64,000 nucleotides of DNA from Felis catus (lineage: Eukaryota): assembly GCF_018350175.1 (NCBI RefSeq), contig NC_058383.1, positions 21,020,001 through 21,084,000 of the forward strand, in the 5' to 3' direction. The notes under the pieces are model-generated. The model was not told the origin of the DNA and did no database searches. It saw only the letters and a program-made list of their open reading frames with translations. The translations under genes were made by a program, and so were the position numbers. Below, in pieces: positions 48,313-61,554 of the stretch. Position 1 is the stretch's first letter; the number at the start of each line of letters is the position of its first letter.

Positions 48313-49317
48313 TATCTATCAAGTCCCCCCCCCACCCCAACACACATCCATTTCGTGTTTCATTCTGTTATAAATGGTACCAAAGTGGGGCAGCTGGTGC
48401 CATATTATTTTGTAGATTTTGGTGAAACAGATTCTTCCAGTTTTTATGCATAGGTGTCTCTACTCAGACCCTGGTAATTAGTCCACAAAGCTAGATAGGG
48501 ACAAAATCTGGTCATGGCCATCGTGCTGGATCCCAAGCGATCCTTAACTCTAATCACTACATCTAGATACCGGGTCACATTGATCATACTTGGCATTTTC
48601 CCAATGATTGAGTCACTTTCTGGGGAGCTTCTCAGACTCTCACAAATAATTTTCTGAAACCTCGCTTAACCAGGTCACCAGCCACCTCAACTATATGTGT
48701 ATTAGTAGTAATATCTAAGAGCCGAAAAAATAGTATCTAACAGGTGGCCTGGAGGTATTATTCGTGGACTGATAAATCTATTTCTAGGCTTTCTGTTTTG
48801 TTCCAAAGATCCGTGGGCCTCTATACCCAAGACACAGTTTTGGTAGCGTATGCCTTCATCGTATGTTTTAATACCTAAATTATATCACGTTGCATTTCTT
48901 TCTCAAGATATGTTTGGCTAAAGTCCTATGCTTCCCTACAAATGAGCTCTTTTGTCATTCTCCTAGGCTCTAAAAACTATTTTGGTATTTGTAGCAGGAT
49001 AGCCCTAGACTTCAGATCAATTTCAGGAAATTAGAAATCTTGATGAAATTCCATCTTTCTACTCAAGAACTTGGTAGGTCTCTTCATTATTTGACTCTGT
49101 TCATTTTTATCTTCCTTTGTGTCCTCTAGTCAAGTTAATATTTTCCTTCCTAAGAGTTCTGCTCTTATTTGTTCAATTTATTCCTAGACATTTTATTTTT
49201 AGGTCATCATAGGAATGGCACTGTGCAATTTTCTATTTTTTTCAGACACATACAAAAGTTGATGTGTTTCTCTTGTGTTTGGCCACATTACTGAACTTTC
49301 ATATTAATCCCACTATA

Positions 49318-49517
49318 TTTTTTAAATGTTTATTGTTTTGAGAGAGAGAGAGCGTGTGTGTGTGTGTGAGCAGGAGGAGGGGCAGAGAGAGAGGCAGAGA
49401 GAAAATCCCAAGCAGGCTCTGGAGTCCAACGCGGGGCTCGATCTCGTGACCGTGGGGTCGTGACCTGAGCGAGATCAAGAGTTCGACACTTCACAGACTG
49501 AGCCACCCAGGTGCCCC
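49318..49517 (-). mobile_element. Can-SINE
   Basis: Reverse SINEC. Confidence 0.92.
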
Positions 49518-49591
49518 AATCCTGCTATTATTAAAGTTGATATTCATGAGGTTTTAAGGGAGACTTATTTTTTATTTAAAAACAATAACTT

Positions 49592-49787
49592 GGGGCGCCT
49601 GGGTGGCGCAGTCGGTTAAGCGTCCGACTTCAGCCAGGTCACAATCTCGCGGTCCGTGAGTTCGAGCCCCGCATCGGGCTCTGGGTTGATGGCTCAGAGC
49701 CTGGAGCCTGTTTCGGATTCTGTGTCTCCCTCTCTCTCTGCCCCTCCCCCGTTCATGCTCTGTCTCTCTCTGTCCCAAAAATAAATA
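49592..49787 (+). mobile_element. Young Can-SINE (SINEC_Fc)
   Basis: TSD AAAACAATAACTT. Confidence 0.97.
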
Positions 49788-51239
49788 AAAACAATAACTT
49801 TGTCTCTGTGTTTGCAAATGTAAACTGATCATTTCTGTTTTCTTGTTTTATTATGTTGGCGAGAAGTTCTAGAGTAATGCTCGCTATGTGTTCCGATAAC
49901 TGAAATCTTTTGTTTTAAACCCATTGTGAAATTTTGAAACTGCATTGTAGATGTAATTCCGTCGTAAAAAAAAAAGCAATCCTGACGCTAGAGAGTTTTA
50001 GATTTACAACATCTTTTGTCCTTCAGAGATTTAAAGAATAATGCTTTGAGTGTATTTTTGTTATTATAAGCAAAAATGCCAAATCAAAAGTGACACAAAC
50101 AGACCTGCACACTTCCTTATGTGTTTTTCATTCTACATACTCAGCTATTTCTCGTGCTTCTCTATCATCCTTGACCTTGAGTTTGAAGTTTTGATTGATG
50201 TGCGACAACCCAACAGAAACAAAATAATGCCACTTATAAAGCACAACCAACCTCTAACGCAAAGCAAGTGTGTGTCTCCGTTCTACGCAACGGCTTTCAT
50301 CCCTGTGAGTTTGTAGAAAATTGAGATTTCGTTACAACTCTAGTGGACCACATGGTACAAACTATGTTCCCTAATTAATTAGTCATGTGTGTCTAATTCT
50401 TGTTTTGATAACTCATTCTGTTGTGGAAATGCTTGTAATAGTGATAATTGTCGGCATTTTTGTCGTCCCTTTCTGCAGCACAATACCCTCTATTATCTTA
50501 GCACGGTCTCAGTAACACCTGGTTTAACACGGCGAATGGCAAACAGCTTCAGGTATTGGCTCTCCTTTATTCTCTCTAAAAACTACCAAAAAAAAAAAAA
50601 AAACCAAACAAACCACCCACAAACAAACGAAAAACAAAAACAAACACACTAAAAACTGAAGACGAATATTTACAGGAAAGAGAGGGGGGCGGGGAACTGG
50701 CAAAATCTGCAAGGCCCCAGATATAGGGAGAATTTAATTCACTTATGGGGTAAATGGACCCAGACTAACAGGACATAAGAACTGCTTGGATTTCTGTTGA
50801 CTCACGGAAGCAAGAACACCAGAAAAGGGTAAAACAACTTTTTGTCGGCCCAGCATTTCCACTGGCTCAGAGACGGGTGGCTGTAACGATCAGACAACTG
50901 GTCAACCACCCTGCAGGGTCTGCCCAGCGTATTCCCGCATTCAGACAGAGTGGGCAAATCTGAGAGAATTGAAGCGGGTTGAACTTGCGGAGGCGTTGGC
51001 TCCACGACAAAAAAACCTCCGGGAGCGAAGATGGTAGGAATCTAGCAGCAAAACTTGACAGCAACCATCGCTTTCTAGAAAGAATTTCAGGTCAGAAGTG
51101 TGTGGGACCTGGCAGTGGGAACAGGAGGAAGATGTCACTTTAGAGGAGAGCAGCTCACAAGGGAGCTGAATACTAACCAAAGATTTGATGGAAGCAGTGC
51201 ACTCTGCCTTCAGTTGGAGGTTTGGGATGATCTCATCAG

Positions 51240-51715
51240 CCACCACCCACTATTATCTCCCTCCTGGTGTCCTTATTGTTCCCCTTGCCTGCCTCCCCTA
51301 TCTTGCATGCATCACTCACTGATATTCCTCTACAAGGCACCTCAGATCACGTTAGCCCTCTGCTCAAAACGCTGCAGTTGGTCCCCATCTCACTCAGCTA
51401 CAGAATTCACCCTCCTTACATCGTCTCATAACCCTAGTGATCCAACCTTCTTCCTTCGCCTTTACCTGTGTGTCTGGGTTCCTTTCCCACGCCCTCTCCC
51501 CTCCCTCACTCTGCTTCAGCCAGACTGGTCTCTTTCTCTTCTACAAATGCCTCAAACACGTTTCTAGTTCAAGTCATTTGTACTTACAGTTCCTTCTTCC
51601 CCAAGATACCCACCTTGGTTGTTTCAACAACTTGTTGTGTTACAACAGTACTTGGCACCCAGGAGATGCTCAATAAATATTTGTTGGATGGATGGATGGG
51701 TGGGTGGATGGGATT
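51240..51715 (+). mobile_element. L2 3' end
   Basis: CTCTGCTTCAGCCAGACTGG; GATGCTCAATAAATATTTGTTGGATGGATG. Confidence 0.85.
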
Positions 51716-51815
51716 TAGATACCACAAAAGTAAACGGGGGAAAAAAAGAATTATTAGGTAGTATTTTTATGAACTTCTGAGCCTGGACAGATGTCTTCTT
51801 TTTTAAGAATGAGGA

Positions 51816-52042
51816 GGGGCGCCTGGGTGGCTCAGTCGGTTAAGCGTCAGACTTCGACTCAGGTCATGATCTCACAGTTTGTGAGTCTGAGCCCCGCGTT
51901 GGGCTCTGTACTGACCGCTATGAGCCTGGAGCCTGTTTTGGATTCTGTGTCTCGCTCTCCCTCTCTCTGCCCCTCCCCTGCTCACGCTCTGTCTCTCTCT
52001 GTCTCAAAAATAAATAAAACATTAAAAAAAAATTTAAAAAAA
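51816..52042 (+). mobile_element. Can-SINE
   Basis: TSD AAGAATGAGGA. Confidence 0.95.
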
Positions 52043-52176
52043 AGAATGAGGAAAGAAAAGGGAACACGAGGAACACATTAAAAAAAAAAACACCTGCCAA
52101 CCCAATGACCTACCTTTGTAGGTAGCCATTTTTATACAAACTTTACCCTCCTAGAATTCTCTTTATTCTTAAATTA

Positions 52177-52366
52177 GTGTGTGTGTGTATATATATATAC
52201 ACACATATATATATATATCTTCATATCTATATGTGTATACATGTATATATCTTCATATCTATATGTATATATATACATATACACATACATATATATATAC
52301 ATATATATACATATATATATACATATATATACATATATATATACATATATATACACACACACATAC
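52177..52366. repeat. Compound (GT)/(TA)/(CA) microsatellite
   Basis: Direct reading. Confidence 0.95.
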
Positions 52367-53477
52367 AGAGATAGTTCAGAGTTCATTTCTTTCTGTAAAA
52401 TTTGCCCACAACCAGCTGAACCCTGAACACTCGTAGGTTTGGTTTTCTCTTCAGTTCAGGAGTGCTGTATTCAATTTTGTCTTTGATTATTATGTCACAT
52501 TTATTCCTCTCTCTTTCTTCCAACAACTAATGCTGTGTATCATGAGTCTCTGTTCTCTCTCTTGTATACATAAGCTGTAAAATTCTCTCTCATTGTTTTC
52601 ATTGCCTTTTCTTGGATTCCGTGTTCAAGAGCTTCCCAAGTTTATGAGTCATGTACCACTGATTTTGTTTCTAATGCAATTTAAAAGTCTGCATTATTGG
52701 TTTCCTGATACCTTGCCTTTTATCTCCTGTTACAACTTTTCATCATAGACCACTATGATATGGTCCTATTTTTCTGTTTGACTCCCTAGAGAGTAGAAAA
52801 TATATGTTAGCTAAAATGCACTTCTATTTTTTCCTAAAATATCTTCTTTTGAATCTATATTTTCTTTCCTCTTTTTTTTTTTGTTGAAATATCTTTCCAT
52901 GGGACTCAAGTTGTTTTTTTATCTTATTTTTCAGCCTTGATGGGAGATATTTCTATCCTTACCTAATATTTGTGAAAGACAGTATGAAGGATCTCCATAA
53001 GTTCTTTACTGTCCCTCTGGATGCTTCTATAGCATCGATTTTTTTTCATTACAGGATCTGATGGACTGTATGAATTGAATTGGACTAGATAAGAATCCCG
53101 GTGCTAAAGGAGCTCTCTGCCTTGTTTTTTTCTTTGTGTTTGGTAAAGCCACTGAGCTAGGCGCCAATGGTCTTTATTTTATGTTCTATGAAACTTGACC
53201 TCTGCTTCAAGTAGATACTGTGGCTCTACTGACCTTCCCAGTGACACTCTCAATCAGGGGAAGTCATGGAGGAGGCTTGTTTTCCAGCTTCCTGTGGGAT
53301 GTTACCATTTTTGACCATGGAAGCAGCTGCGGTTTGATTAATGAATGAAATTCATGTGTAGAACTTGTCCCACGTACCATGACTTAGCCTTGCCCCTAGA
53401 CATCACCTCTCCACATTCGAAGAGCAATGTAGTGTCCTTCTAAATTTCCGCCACTCTTGCGGTCTTCTCTGCCTTCC

Positions 53478-53964
53478 TGTATTAGTCAGGTTCTCTGGAG
53501 AAACAGAACCAATAAGATAGAGAGAGAGATATAAGAGGAGATTTATTATGGGAATTGGCTCACACGATTATGAAGGCTGAGAAGCTCCACGATGCGCCAT
53601 CTGCAAGTTGGAAAACCGAGAAAACTAGTGTAATTCAGTCAGAGTTTTAAGGCCTGAGAAGGGGGTGGGGGGGTCAACTGCTATAAGTCCCAGGATCTGA
53701 AGGCCTGGAGAAGAGGATGTCTCAGCTCAAGACAGGAGAGAAAGAATTCACCCTTCCTCTGCTTTTTTGCTGTATTTGGACCCTCAACAGATTGGATGGT
53801 GTCCACCCACATTGGTAAGGGTGGATCTTCTCTACTTAGTCTACTGATTCAAGTGTTAATCTCCTTTAGAGAAACCGTCACAGACACACCCAGAAATAAT
53901 GTTTTACTAGCAATCTACGCATCGCTTAGCTCGGCCAAGTGGACACATAAAATTAACCACCACG
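53478..53964 (-). mobile_element. MLT2B (ERVL) LTR
   Basis: TGTATTAGTCAGGTTCTCTGGAGAAACAGAACCAATA ... GACACATAAAATTAACCACCAC. Confidence 0.92.
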
Positions 53965-55759
53965 CTTGTTTTAACGTGGTTCTACTTCTCTGACTCTAGG
54001 AGACATGCCCTGAGGTTTGTAGCAGATGCGTGCCATTTTCCCCGCTTGCCCTTAGAGATGTCTTTGTGTACTTCCTGGTCATTTTAGGCAAGACTTTGGA
54101 CCCTGAGAGAAGAAAGAGGAGAAAAGTTAAACCACTGTGTTTGGAGCTCCATAATCCCATGCCTTAGTAGGAAAATTAACAGATCTTTGTTGGATGAATG
54201 GATAGGTAGAGGGAGGAGATCCAAAACATTGGGTGATTTTCCCAAGTCTTCACAGATCATATGGGATCTGTGACTCTCTGCTCCCTTTCATAGGGTTCTT
54301 GTTCGGATTCTATTCATGCTTCAAAGGCTGGATTAAACACCTCTTTTTCCTGTAAAGTTTTTTCTGTTCCCTAAGTCTAAAGTAGTTTTTCCCACACTGA
54401 GCTCCCAAAGTACTTTTCTCTGTCTCTCTCTTACTCCTTTGATCTTTGTGTTATAGTTATTTATGGACCTGTCTTATTTCACCTATACCTTCAACAAGAT
54501 AAAAAAATAAAATAAAAAAAACTTTTTAGAGGGAGCAGACTTTAATACCCCCTGGCATATTTATAGGGTTTAAGATGAACAGAGGAGAGGTAAGTTTGAA
54601 TTAAGTCAGCCCGTGGTAAAAACAGGCAGTGGCCCTCGGGCCGTAGTTTATCAACCCCCCCGTTCTACATCCTGGACTTCTCGACCAGGAAAATGGAAAG
54701 CGGGGAGGATTTTCTGCTCTGCTGTGCACATGCACTTGACAGGCCAGCTGACCGCTGAGAAAGGCGGAGAGGTCACTTCTCCAACCGACCGGCACCACCT
54801 CTGCACGGGAGTAGCAGTTTCCTTCGACCAACAGCGGAATAGGGTCTATTGAAAGTCTGGCAGTAACATCGGGAAGAAAATTTGCACCTCCACTCTGATT
54901 ATTATCAAATGCTGTAGGCAAAGTGACCTGATTTCTCCGTTAAGTCAGCATGGAAACATCTTGTAAGACAATCTTTAAAAATTCCAATAGCAAGCACCCC
55001 CCTGTGGAATATTTTAAAGAGGTCCCATCTGTGATTTTCCTCTAGCAGACCTAGGTTCCAGCTCGGACAGCTGTTTGCAGGATCGTATGGCAGCTAACTC
55101 TGCAAACTGACCTACTTCTTCCAAAGTCAGCTTTTGCAAATTGCGTGGTTCGAACAAGCCCTGTGTGTGTGACAGGTTTCCTTTTCAGATCTTGCAACCT
55201 GGCTGCTATTTCATCGTTGGCAACTTCGAGATTCGCCTTGATGCTTCCCCAGGTTTTACAGAAGCTCTCAAGGAAAAAATAGGCAATCAATAAAAAAAAA
55301 AAAAAAAAAATAGGCACATGCTGAACACAAGTGAGGTTTTGCTGGGCTCCAATCATAGCCTCCCAGGTTACGCCCTCTTCTAGGGCCGGAGGCATGTCTC
55401 ATTCATTCATCTTGGTATCGTCCATAGAGCTCAGTATGATGTCATTCGTGGGGTAGCTGCCCAATCAATATCTGAATATCCGTGCAGTGAATATGTGCAT
55501 GTACAAGGGCGTGGGGGGGGGGGATGACAAGGAATGAGGAGGACAAATAGGGAATGTGTGGGCAGGAGAGGATGCTTTCCTTTGTTCATTTCTCTGGTTG
55601 ATCGGCTTCATTCATTCATTCACTCATTCACTCATTGATAAATATTTATCGATCCCCTTCTCTGTGCCAGGTAATCGTGTAGTTATTGGACATCCCCAAT
55701 CGCCATCGGATGCAGAGAATCTGTTGGGTCAACACTGGACATACTTTCATGAAGGCCTT

Positions 55760-56162
55760 ATGTGGGACTTGATTCTTAAGCTAAAGGTGAATATTCAAAT
55801 TCTGAATACGATTCTTCCTCATACCCCTGCCTTCATCACTAATAAAAATCACAGCTGTTTTCATATCGTTTTACTGTTGTTGGAGGTGTATAAACATATT
55901 ATGTGTACTCTTCCTCACTTTGAAATTAAGGTAGTTAGTAGACTCACTGTTGGATCATTTTTATTTAATGTGTTAATTAAAAGCACATATATTACCATAT
56001 GACAGATTTGGGTTTCTTTTTGAATCTTGATAACTGTATTTCAATACAGTTTCCTCTATATATTTTATGTTATGCCTTTAAAAACATTATTTTGAGAAGG
56101 AGTTTACAGGTTTCACCCAACTCGTAAAGGGGCCCACGGCATAAAAAACGAAGGATCTCTGC
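55760..56162 (+). mobile_element. MER20B hAT element
   Basis: TTTAAAAACATTATTTTGAGAAGGAG..AAAGGGGCCCACGGCATAAAAAA. Confidence 0.75.
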
Positions 56163-56274
56163 TTTAGGATCATACAACATTTCTGCCCTAAGAATCTCCA
56201 GGCAGAGAACACGTTAATCTTCATTAGCCTTGAATGGAATAGAGAATGGTTAATCATTATTTTTCCTGTTAGCT

Positions 56275-56752
56275 TCTTTTCCAATTTTTTTGAAGTATAA
56301 CTGACAAATTAAAATAATATATATTTAAGATGGACAACTCAATGTTTTGATATATGTAAGAGAGAGAGAGCAGGGGAGGGGCAGAGAGAGAGAGGGAGAG
56401 AGAGAGACTCCCAACTGTCAGCACGGAGCCTGACTCAGGGCTCAGACTCACGAACGACAAGATCACGACCTGAGCCGAAGTCAGATGCTTAATCCACTGA
56501 GCCACCCAGGTGCCCCCATAGTTGTCTTTTTCTTTTCTTTCTTTCTTTTCATTTTCTTTCTGTGTGTGTGTGTGTGTGTGCATGTGTGTGTGCTGAGAAC
56601 ACTTAAAATCTACTGTCTTAGCAAATTTCAAGAGTACAATACAGTTTTGAAAACTATAGTCACATCGCTATACACATCGCTGTAAATCGGGAGATGTTGG
56701 TCAAAGGGTACAAAGTTTTGGTTATGCAAGATAGATAAATTCTGGAGTTCTA
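56275..56752 (-). mobile_element. L1MA 3' end with inverted 5' segment (56686-56752 on +), interrupted by a SINE
   Basis: Antisense CTTAGCAAATTTCAAG..AACTATAGTCAC, then sense GGAGATGTTGGTCAAAGGGTACAAAGTTT. Confidence 0.85.
56358..56517 (-). mobile_element. Can-SINE lacking its A tail
   Basis: Reverse SINEC head and GA tract. Confidence 0.88.
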
Positions 56753-56949
56753 TTCCTGTTCATTTGGAATGTCTTTTGAGATCTTTGAAATCTTGGATGG
56801 TGATCACCGGGAACCAGAATGGTTACACCACCACCAATACGTAGTATAGTCCAAGTTCCTTGGTTTCCACCTCCTCCCTCCACCAAAGGTGAATTGTGTG
56901 TTGACACAACCCTGGACAGACTCACAGAGCTTTCCCAAGTTTTTCCCTC

Positions 56950-57190
56950 ATAATGGCCAACACTTACCAAGTACTTACTATGTTCCAGTAAGTTGTAAAC
57001 AACTTACACATTTAATACACTCGATCTCCGTAAAAGAGTGGCCGAGAAGATGCTATCAGTATCTCCATTTTAAAAATAAAGAAACTGAGGCACAGAGAGG
57101 GTAAATAACTTGTCCAAGGTCCCAGAGCTGGGAACCTCATGAAGGCTGGCTCCAAAGCCCAAACACTTACCTTTTCTGTTATGCTGATTT
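56950..57190 (-). mobile_element. MIR
   Basis: GAAACTGAGGCACAGAGAGGGTAAATAACTTGTCCAAGGTC. Confidence 0.9.
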
Positions 57191-57484
57191 GCCTGGGTTA
57201 GGTACATTATTCCAGCCCCCCGGCTTGGTATGGGGAGACAGGATCTCCACTCCCACCACGGGTAAACATTCATCCCCCCATTTCCTACAGGAAAGTATAT
57301 TCCTGTCCCTTCCGGGGTGTGTGATATGGTCTTCACTGAATACTGTGAACTTCCTCTGTGCTTTCGGCCCAAGGCAGCCTTTTGGAGGGAGGTTTGGGAG
57401 GCAGAGATTTTTGGTTTTTTATTTTTGCTTATTGGTTGTATGTCTATTTCTTTATTTCTTTATTTCTTTTTCTTTTTTTTTACA

Positions 57485-57689
57485 TTTTTTTTAACATTTA
57501 TTTATTTTTGAGACAGAGAGAGAGCATGAACAGGGAGGGTCAGAGAAAGAGGGAGACACAGAATCTGAAACAGGCTCCAGGCTCTGAGCTGTCAGCACAG
57601 AGCCCGACGCGGGGCTCGAACCCACCGTCGTGGGTTCATGACCTGAGCCGAAGTCGGACGCTTAACCGACTGAGCCACCCAGGCGCCCC
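57485..57689 (-). mobile_element. Can-SINE
   Basis: Reverse SINEC. Confidence 0.93.
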
Positions 57690-58909
57690 TCTTTATCTAT
57701 TTTTCAAAGCATTTGATTGCTCATTTCTATGTGTTGATTTGGAGGGTAGAGATCTCTGATGTACTCACCCTACCATCTTGCTTAGAATCTTCGATCCATT
57801 TTGACTCCGTGCCTGAAAGGCGTTTCTGTTGCCAGAAACAGGTTTCTAAGAAATGGCTTGAACGGCTCCCCGATTCCTGCAGAAAGAAGTACCTATTCTT
57901 CAACATGGCAGACAAACTTGGTTGCATCCAACCTTTCCACTTTCCTTCCCTCGCCCCGCATTCCCATCACAGCAGACGATTTGCTTTCTTCTCACAAAGT
58001 CTGATCAGTTAATGCCATGACTTAATACTCAAGGCCCAGTTAAAAAATCATTTTCTCTCTGTAGCTCTCCCTGAGGCAGATTAATTACCCTTCATCTATA
58101 TTTCCAAGCACTTTAAGCGATGGTCTATTACAGCATTTAATCACACGGTACCCTAGATGAAGTGCCTTTCTTCCCTACCTGACTTTGAGTCCCTCTAGAA
58201 TGTGATGATCTATCCTTTCTCTGCAGAGACTCCTGACCTAGTATACGGTGTGTGCTCAAATATGTGTAGTTTGTTGGATTAGAACTGATACTCATCTGTC
58301 ACTCTTCCTGAAAGCTTATTTCTGATATATATTCCGGGTCATTCCCTCGGGGCAGCTGATCGAAACCCGCACAGGACCAGAGGCTAGAAGTTGAATACAG
58401 AATGAATTAGGCTTGATTCATACGCTCACAGATTCTCAGGCCAAGGAGGCATGTTAAGAGTTGTGTAGTCCAATCGTGCTGACACTCTGTGACTTCCCAA
58501 CCTAGCGATCCCCTAGAATTTGACTTCCGTCTGGCGTGTCTTCATCCCACCCGCTCAGTGTGGCAACAGCTGCCTTTTTTCTGGTGCTGTATCTCCGCTC
58601 CCTCTCTGGGGCCTCCAAGCCCTGCGAAGCTCGAAAGCAATGGAAAAGGGTTCAGCGTCCAGCGTTTCTCGGATGCCTTCCAGCCTCCAGTCACTGCCCT
58701 TCCAAACCGGCTGCTGATGACTGAGTTCTGGCAAGATCCCTTCTGTTTATTTTCTACTGTCATTTTAGGGAGGAGAGTTTGACTGGCTTCTGTCGTGCCC
58801 CTTCGCTTTGGCTCCTTTCATACTCTATCTGGGAGAAAGGCCTTGACTCTCTCGCACCTGGATGGCGTGCTCTCCTAGGTCTGCTGCGAATGGCAGAGTT
58901 TTCTCCTCT

Positions 58910-59132
58910 TTTTTTTTTAATTTTTTTTAACGTTTTATTTATTTTTGAGACAGAGAGAGACAGAGCATGAACGGGGGAGGGGCAGAGAGAGAGGGAGACA
59001 CAGAATCGGAAGCAGGCTCCAGGCTCTGAGCCGTCAGCCCAGAGCCCGACGCGGGGCTCGAACTCGCGGACCGCGAGATCGTGACCTGAGCTGAAGTCGG
59101 CCGCTTAACCGACTGAGCCACCCAGGCGCCCC
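58910..59132 (-). mobile_element. Young Can-SINE (SINEC_Fc)
   Basis: CpG-rich; TSD TCTCCTCTTTTT. Confidence 0.97.
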
Positions 59133-60299
59133 TCTCCTCTTTTTATATCCCTCTGATGATGGCTGTGAGACCTGGAAAAGGGGGCCGAGTGTAAGACTTG
59201 GTCAGCTAGGGTAGCGGGGGCAGATACCCTCTTCTACCCCCAGCCTCATTCTTCCCCAGAAAAGAGCAAAGCTAATCATGTGTGGTTAAGGTCAAGGACA
59301 CTGACTGGGTCCCGTTTGCCAATGAGCAGAAGTCACACACGATGAAGGTCCTACACGTGCTCACGACTCTCTGTCCTTCTTTACTCTGGGCATCTATGAC
59401 CTTCTCCGGCATCCTTCACCCCGTCCTCCTCGCCGCCTGAGCTCCTTTGTGCCTTTTCGACTCATCGGTCAGAACAGGGAGACTTCAAGACGTGAGTTCG
59501 GGGCTTTATAGGAGAGAGAGAAACCCCGTGGACAACAGCGCCGTAACCCAGCTCGTTGGAAAGCCGTGCTGAGTGTGCAGCATGTGGCCTGATGGTAATA
59601 TTTTAATGACGTCTGATTCCCCCGACCCCTGTCCCTTGCGCATACAGCTCCATCCGGAAGAACCCACCACACGGCCCATTCTGCCGGAATCGGGCCAAAG
59701 CCGGTGTTATCACAGCTCTGAAGGGAAGCTTCCATTTTGTGCAGACTCCCCGGGAAAGGCCCTGAGAAGATCTGGCTTCTTCTTCTCTGCGCGAGGGGGA
59801 TCGTTCCGTGCCTAGCGGCCCTCTGGACGCCCATGGGGGAAGCGGTCAAGGAGAAAAATCATGCAGGCTTTCAGCAAAGGCGGAGGCTGGGAACTAGTTT
59901 TAGGGATGGAAAGACCCTGACGGGAGGACTTCACGCCATCAGAATGACGCTGTTCTTTCCCCCACAGAAGAAACGGCATTTGCTTCAGATTCGTCTCTCT
60001 CCAGCGTGTCTGCTTTGGAAACCAGGAGAAGTGAGGGTGTTGTGCCCAGCGCAGAAAAACAGACATCTGCCACTCATGGTCACACACCATCAATTCGGCC
60101 AAATAACTTCATTCTCCAAATGCGTGACACCTCTTACGTTTGGACAGCTGTCACCAAATAGACACGGACTCAGGGGCCTTCCCAGACAAATCCTTTGCTG
60201 AAGCAGAGCTGTGGGGGGGGGGGGGGAGGAGGTGGGCCTGTTCGGAGGGCTGAGGTTTGCAGCCAGAGGGAGTTCACTTAAACTTCCAGAAGGCACTGA

Positions 60300-60441
60300 C
60301 TGCGTGTGGTACCCTCCGTCGTTCCTGGTTTTATGTGGTTTCCCCGGGGCATATAAGAGACAGGAAATGGTTGTGCTGAAAAGGAGGCAGCTGTGATATT
60401 GTGGAAAAAAAGATCTAAGTGCCAGAGATAAAATGGTGAGT
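60300..60441 (+). promoter_or_regulatory. Candidate TATA-type promoter with short first exon
   Basis: TGTGGT x2, CATATAAGAG (60350), ACAGGAAAT, then AAAATG|GTGAGT (60433-60441); motif evidence only. Confidence 0.25.
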
Positions 60442-61554
60442 GTAAACAGACCTGAAAGCGACAGTGTAGTGTAAGTCTCTTCTCGCATCGTCCCACAGAC
60501 GTTTAAAATGGAATCTCCAAATTGAAATGGGTGTGCACACTTGGTTCTCACCGCGCAAGTTCCTGTATCAAAATCCGCAAGGCAAAAACCTCGGAAATGA
60601 TACACGACGAAGCCTCTAATCTCTGAAATTCTGGGTAAAAGTCAGGGACAGAGTCTGACGTCGGTTCACCTCCCGCGGACCTCGGGGCCGACGACCAGCA
60701 GCTCTGTGCTCACCAGTGGCGGGATCTGGCAAAAATCGCATCATCCCCGACTCCCAATTTCCTTATTTCTTTACTCTTGGCGAAACGGGGATCATAAAAC
60801 CTATTTGACAAACCTTCGACAAACCGGTATCTCCCAATGTAAGTCCAAAGGGTTGTAAAGAAATAGTTCTGTTATTCAAGCTTTGTCCCGAGAGAGACTG
60901 GGGAATCAGAGATGCTATTTGTCACCCTGCAAGAACCCAGCGCCGCAGCTTGGGTGAGGGTTCTCCCTTCCCCGGGGCAGGACACGGGGAGGAAAATTAA
61001 AAATAAAAACGAGGCACCAAGTCACGAGGAGAAGCCCCTTCCCCAGACACTGTGCACAGACCCAGCAGCGACCCGACCGTTCGCCCCAGTCCGAGGCCAG
61101 TCTGGGGGGCACGGTGGCGGGGGACGGAGTGCTCGGTGGCCTCTTATCTGGGGACTGGCCTCCCTCCCAGCCACGGGAAAAGGAAAAGCGTATCATGGGA
61201 AGAGGTGGAGAGAAACCACCATGCCTCTGACTTCTGCTCCTGCGTCTGGAGCTCGCCGTAGACCAATCTTTGCCCAGTCGTTCGTGGAATACGACGTCCG
61301 GTGTGCGAAAGTCTGGTTTCTCGGTGAATTCTCTTGCGGTCAGGGGATTCGGAATTACTAATCCCCGTGGGCAGACGAAGAAGCCGAGTGTCTTTGTGGT
61401 TGCCTGGTAGAGGCTTTGGGGGACTCGTGGGAGCGTCTCTCCCGTCCCCGCTTCAACGGCGAGTGTCGTGTCTGCCCCCGCGCTGAACCCGAGCCCGACA
61501 CTTGTCAACAATTCTCCGTTTCTCCTAATAAAGAGGGGCAGCAGGGACTCAGAA

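Larger units (their letters stand above)
48740..49900 (-). mobile_element. Ancient L1ME fragments
   Basis: ATTTCTAGGCTTTCTGTTTTGTTCCA; TTTATTCCTAGACATTTTATT. Confidence 0.7.

Noticed and set aside
52174..52436. Tyr/Ile-rich ORFs (also 5830-6111, 15287-15562, 19414-19779)
   Set aside because: Microsatellite or low-complexity read-through.
44928..53964. Two MLT2B LTRs as a proviral pair
   Set aside because: Opposite orientations and no ERVL internal sequence.
59810..59830. CTCF-like sites at ~59815 and ~60711, REST-like at ~59525
   Set aside because: Too many mismatches or wrong spacing relative to the consensus.
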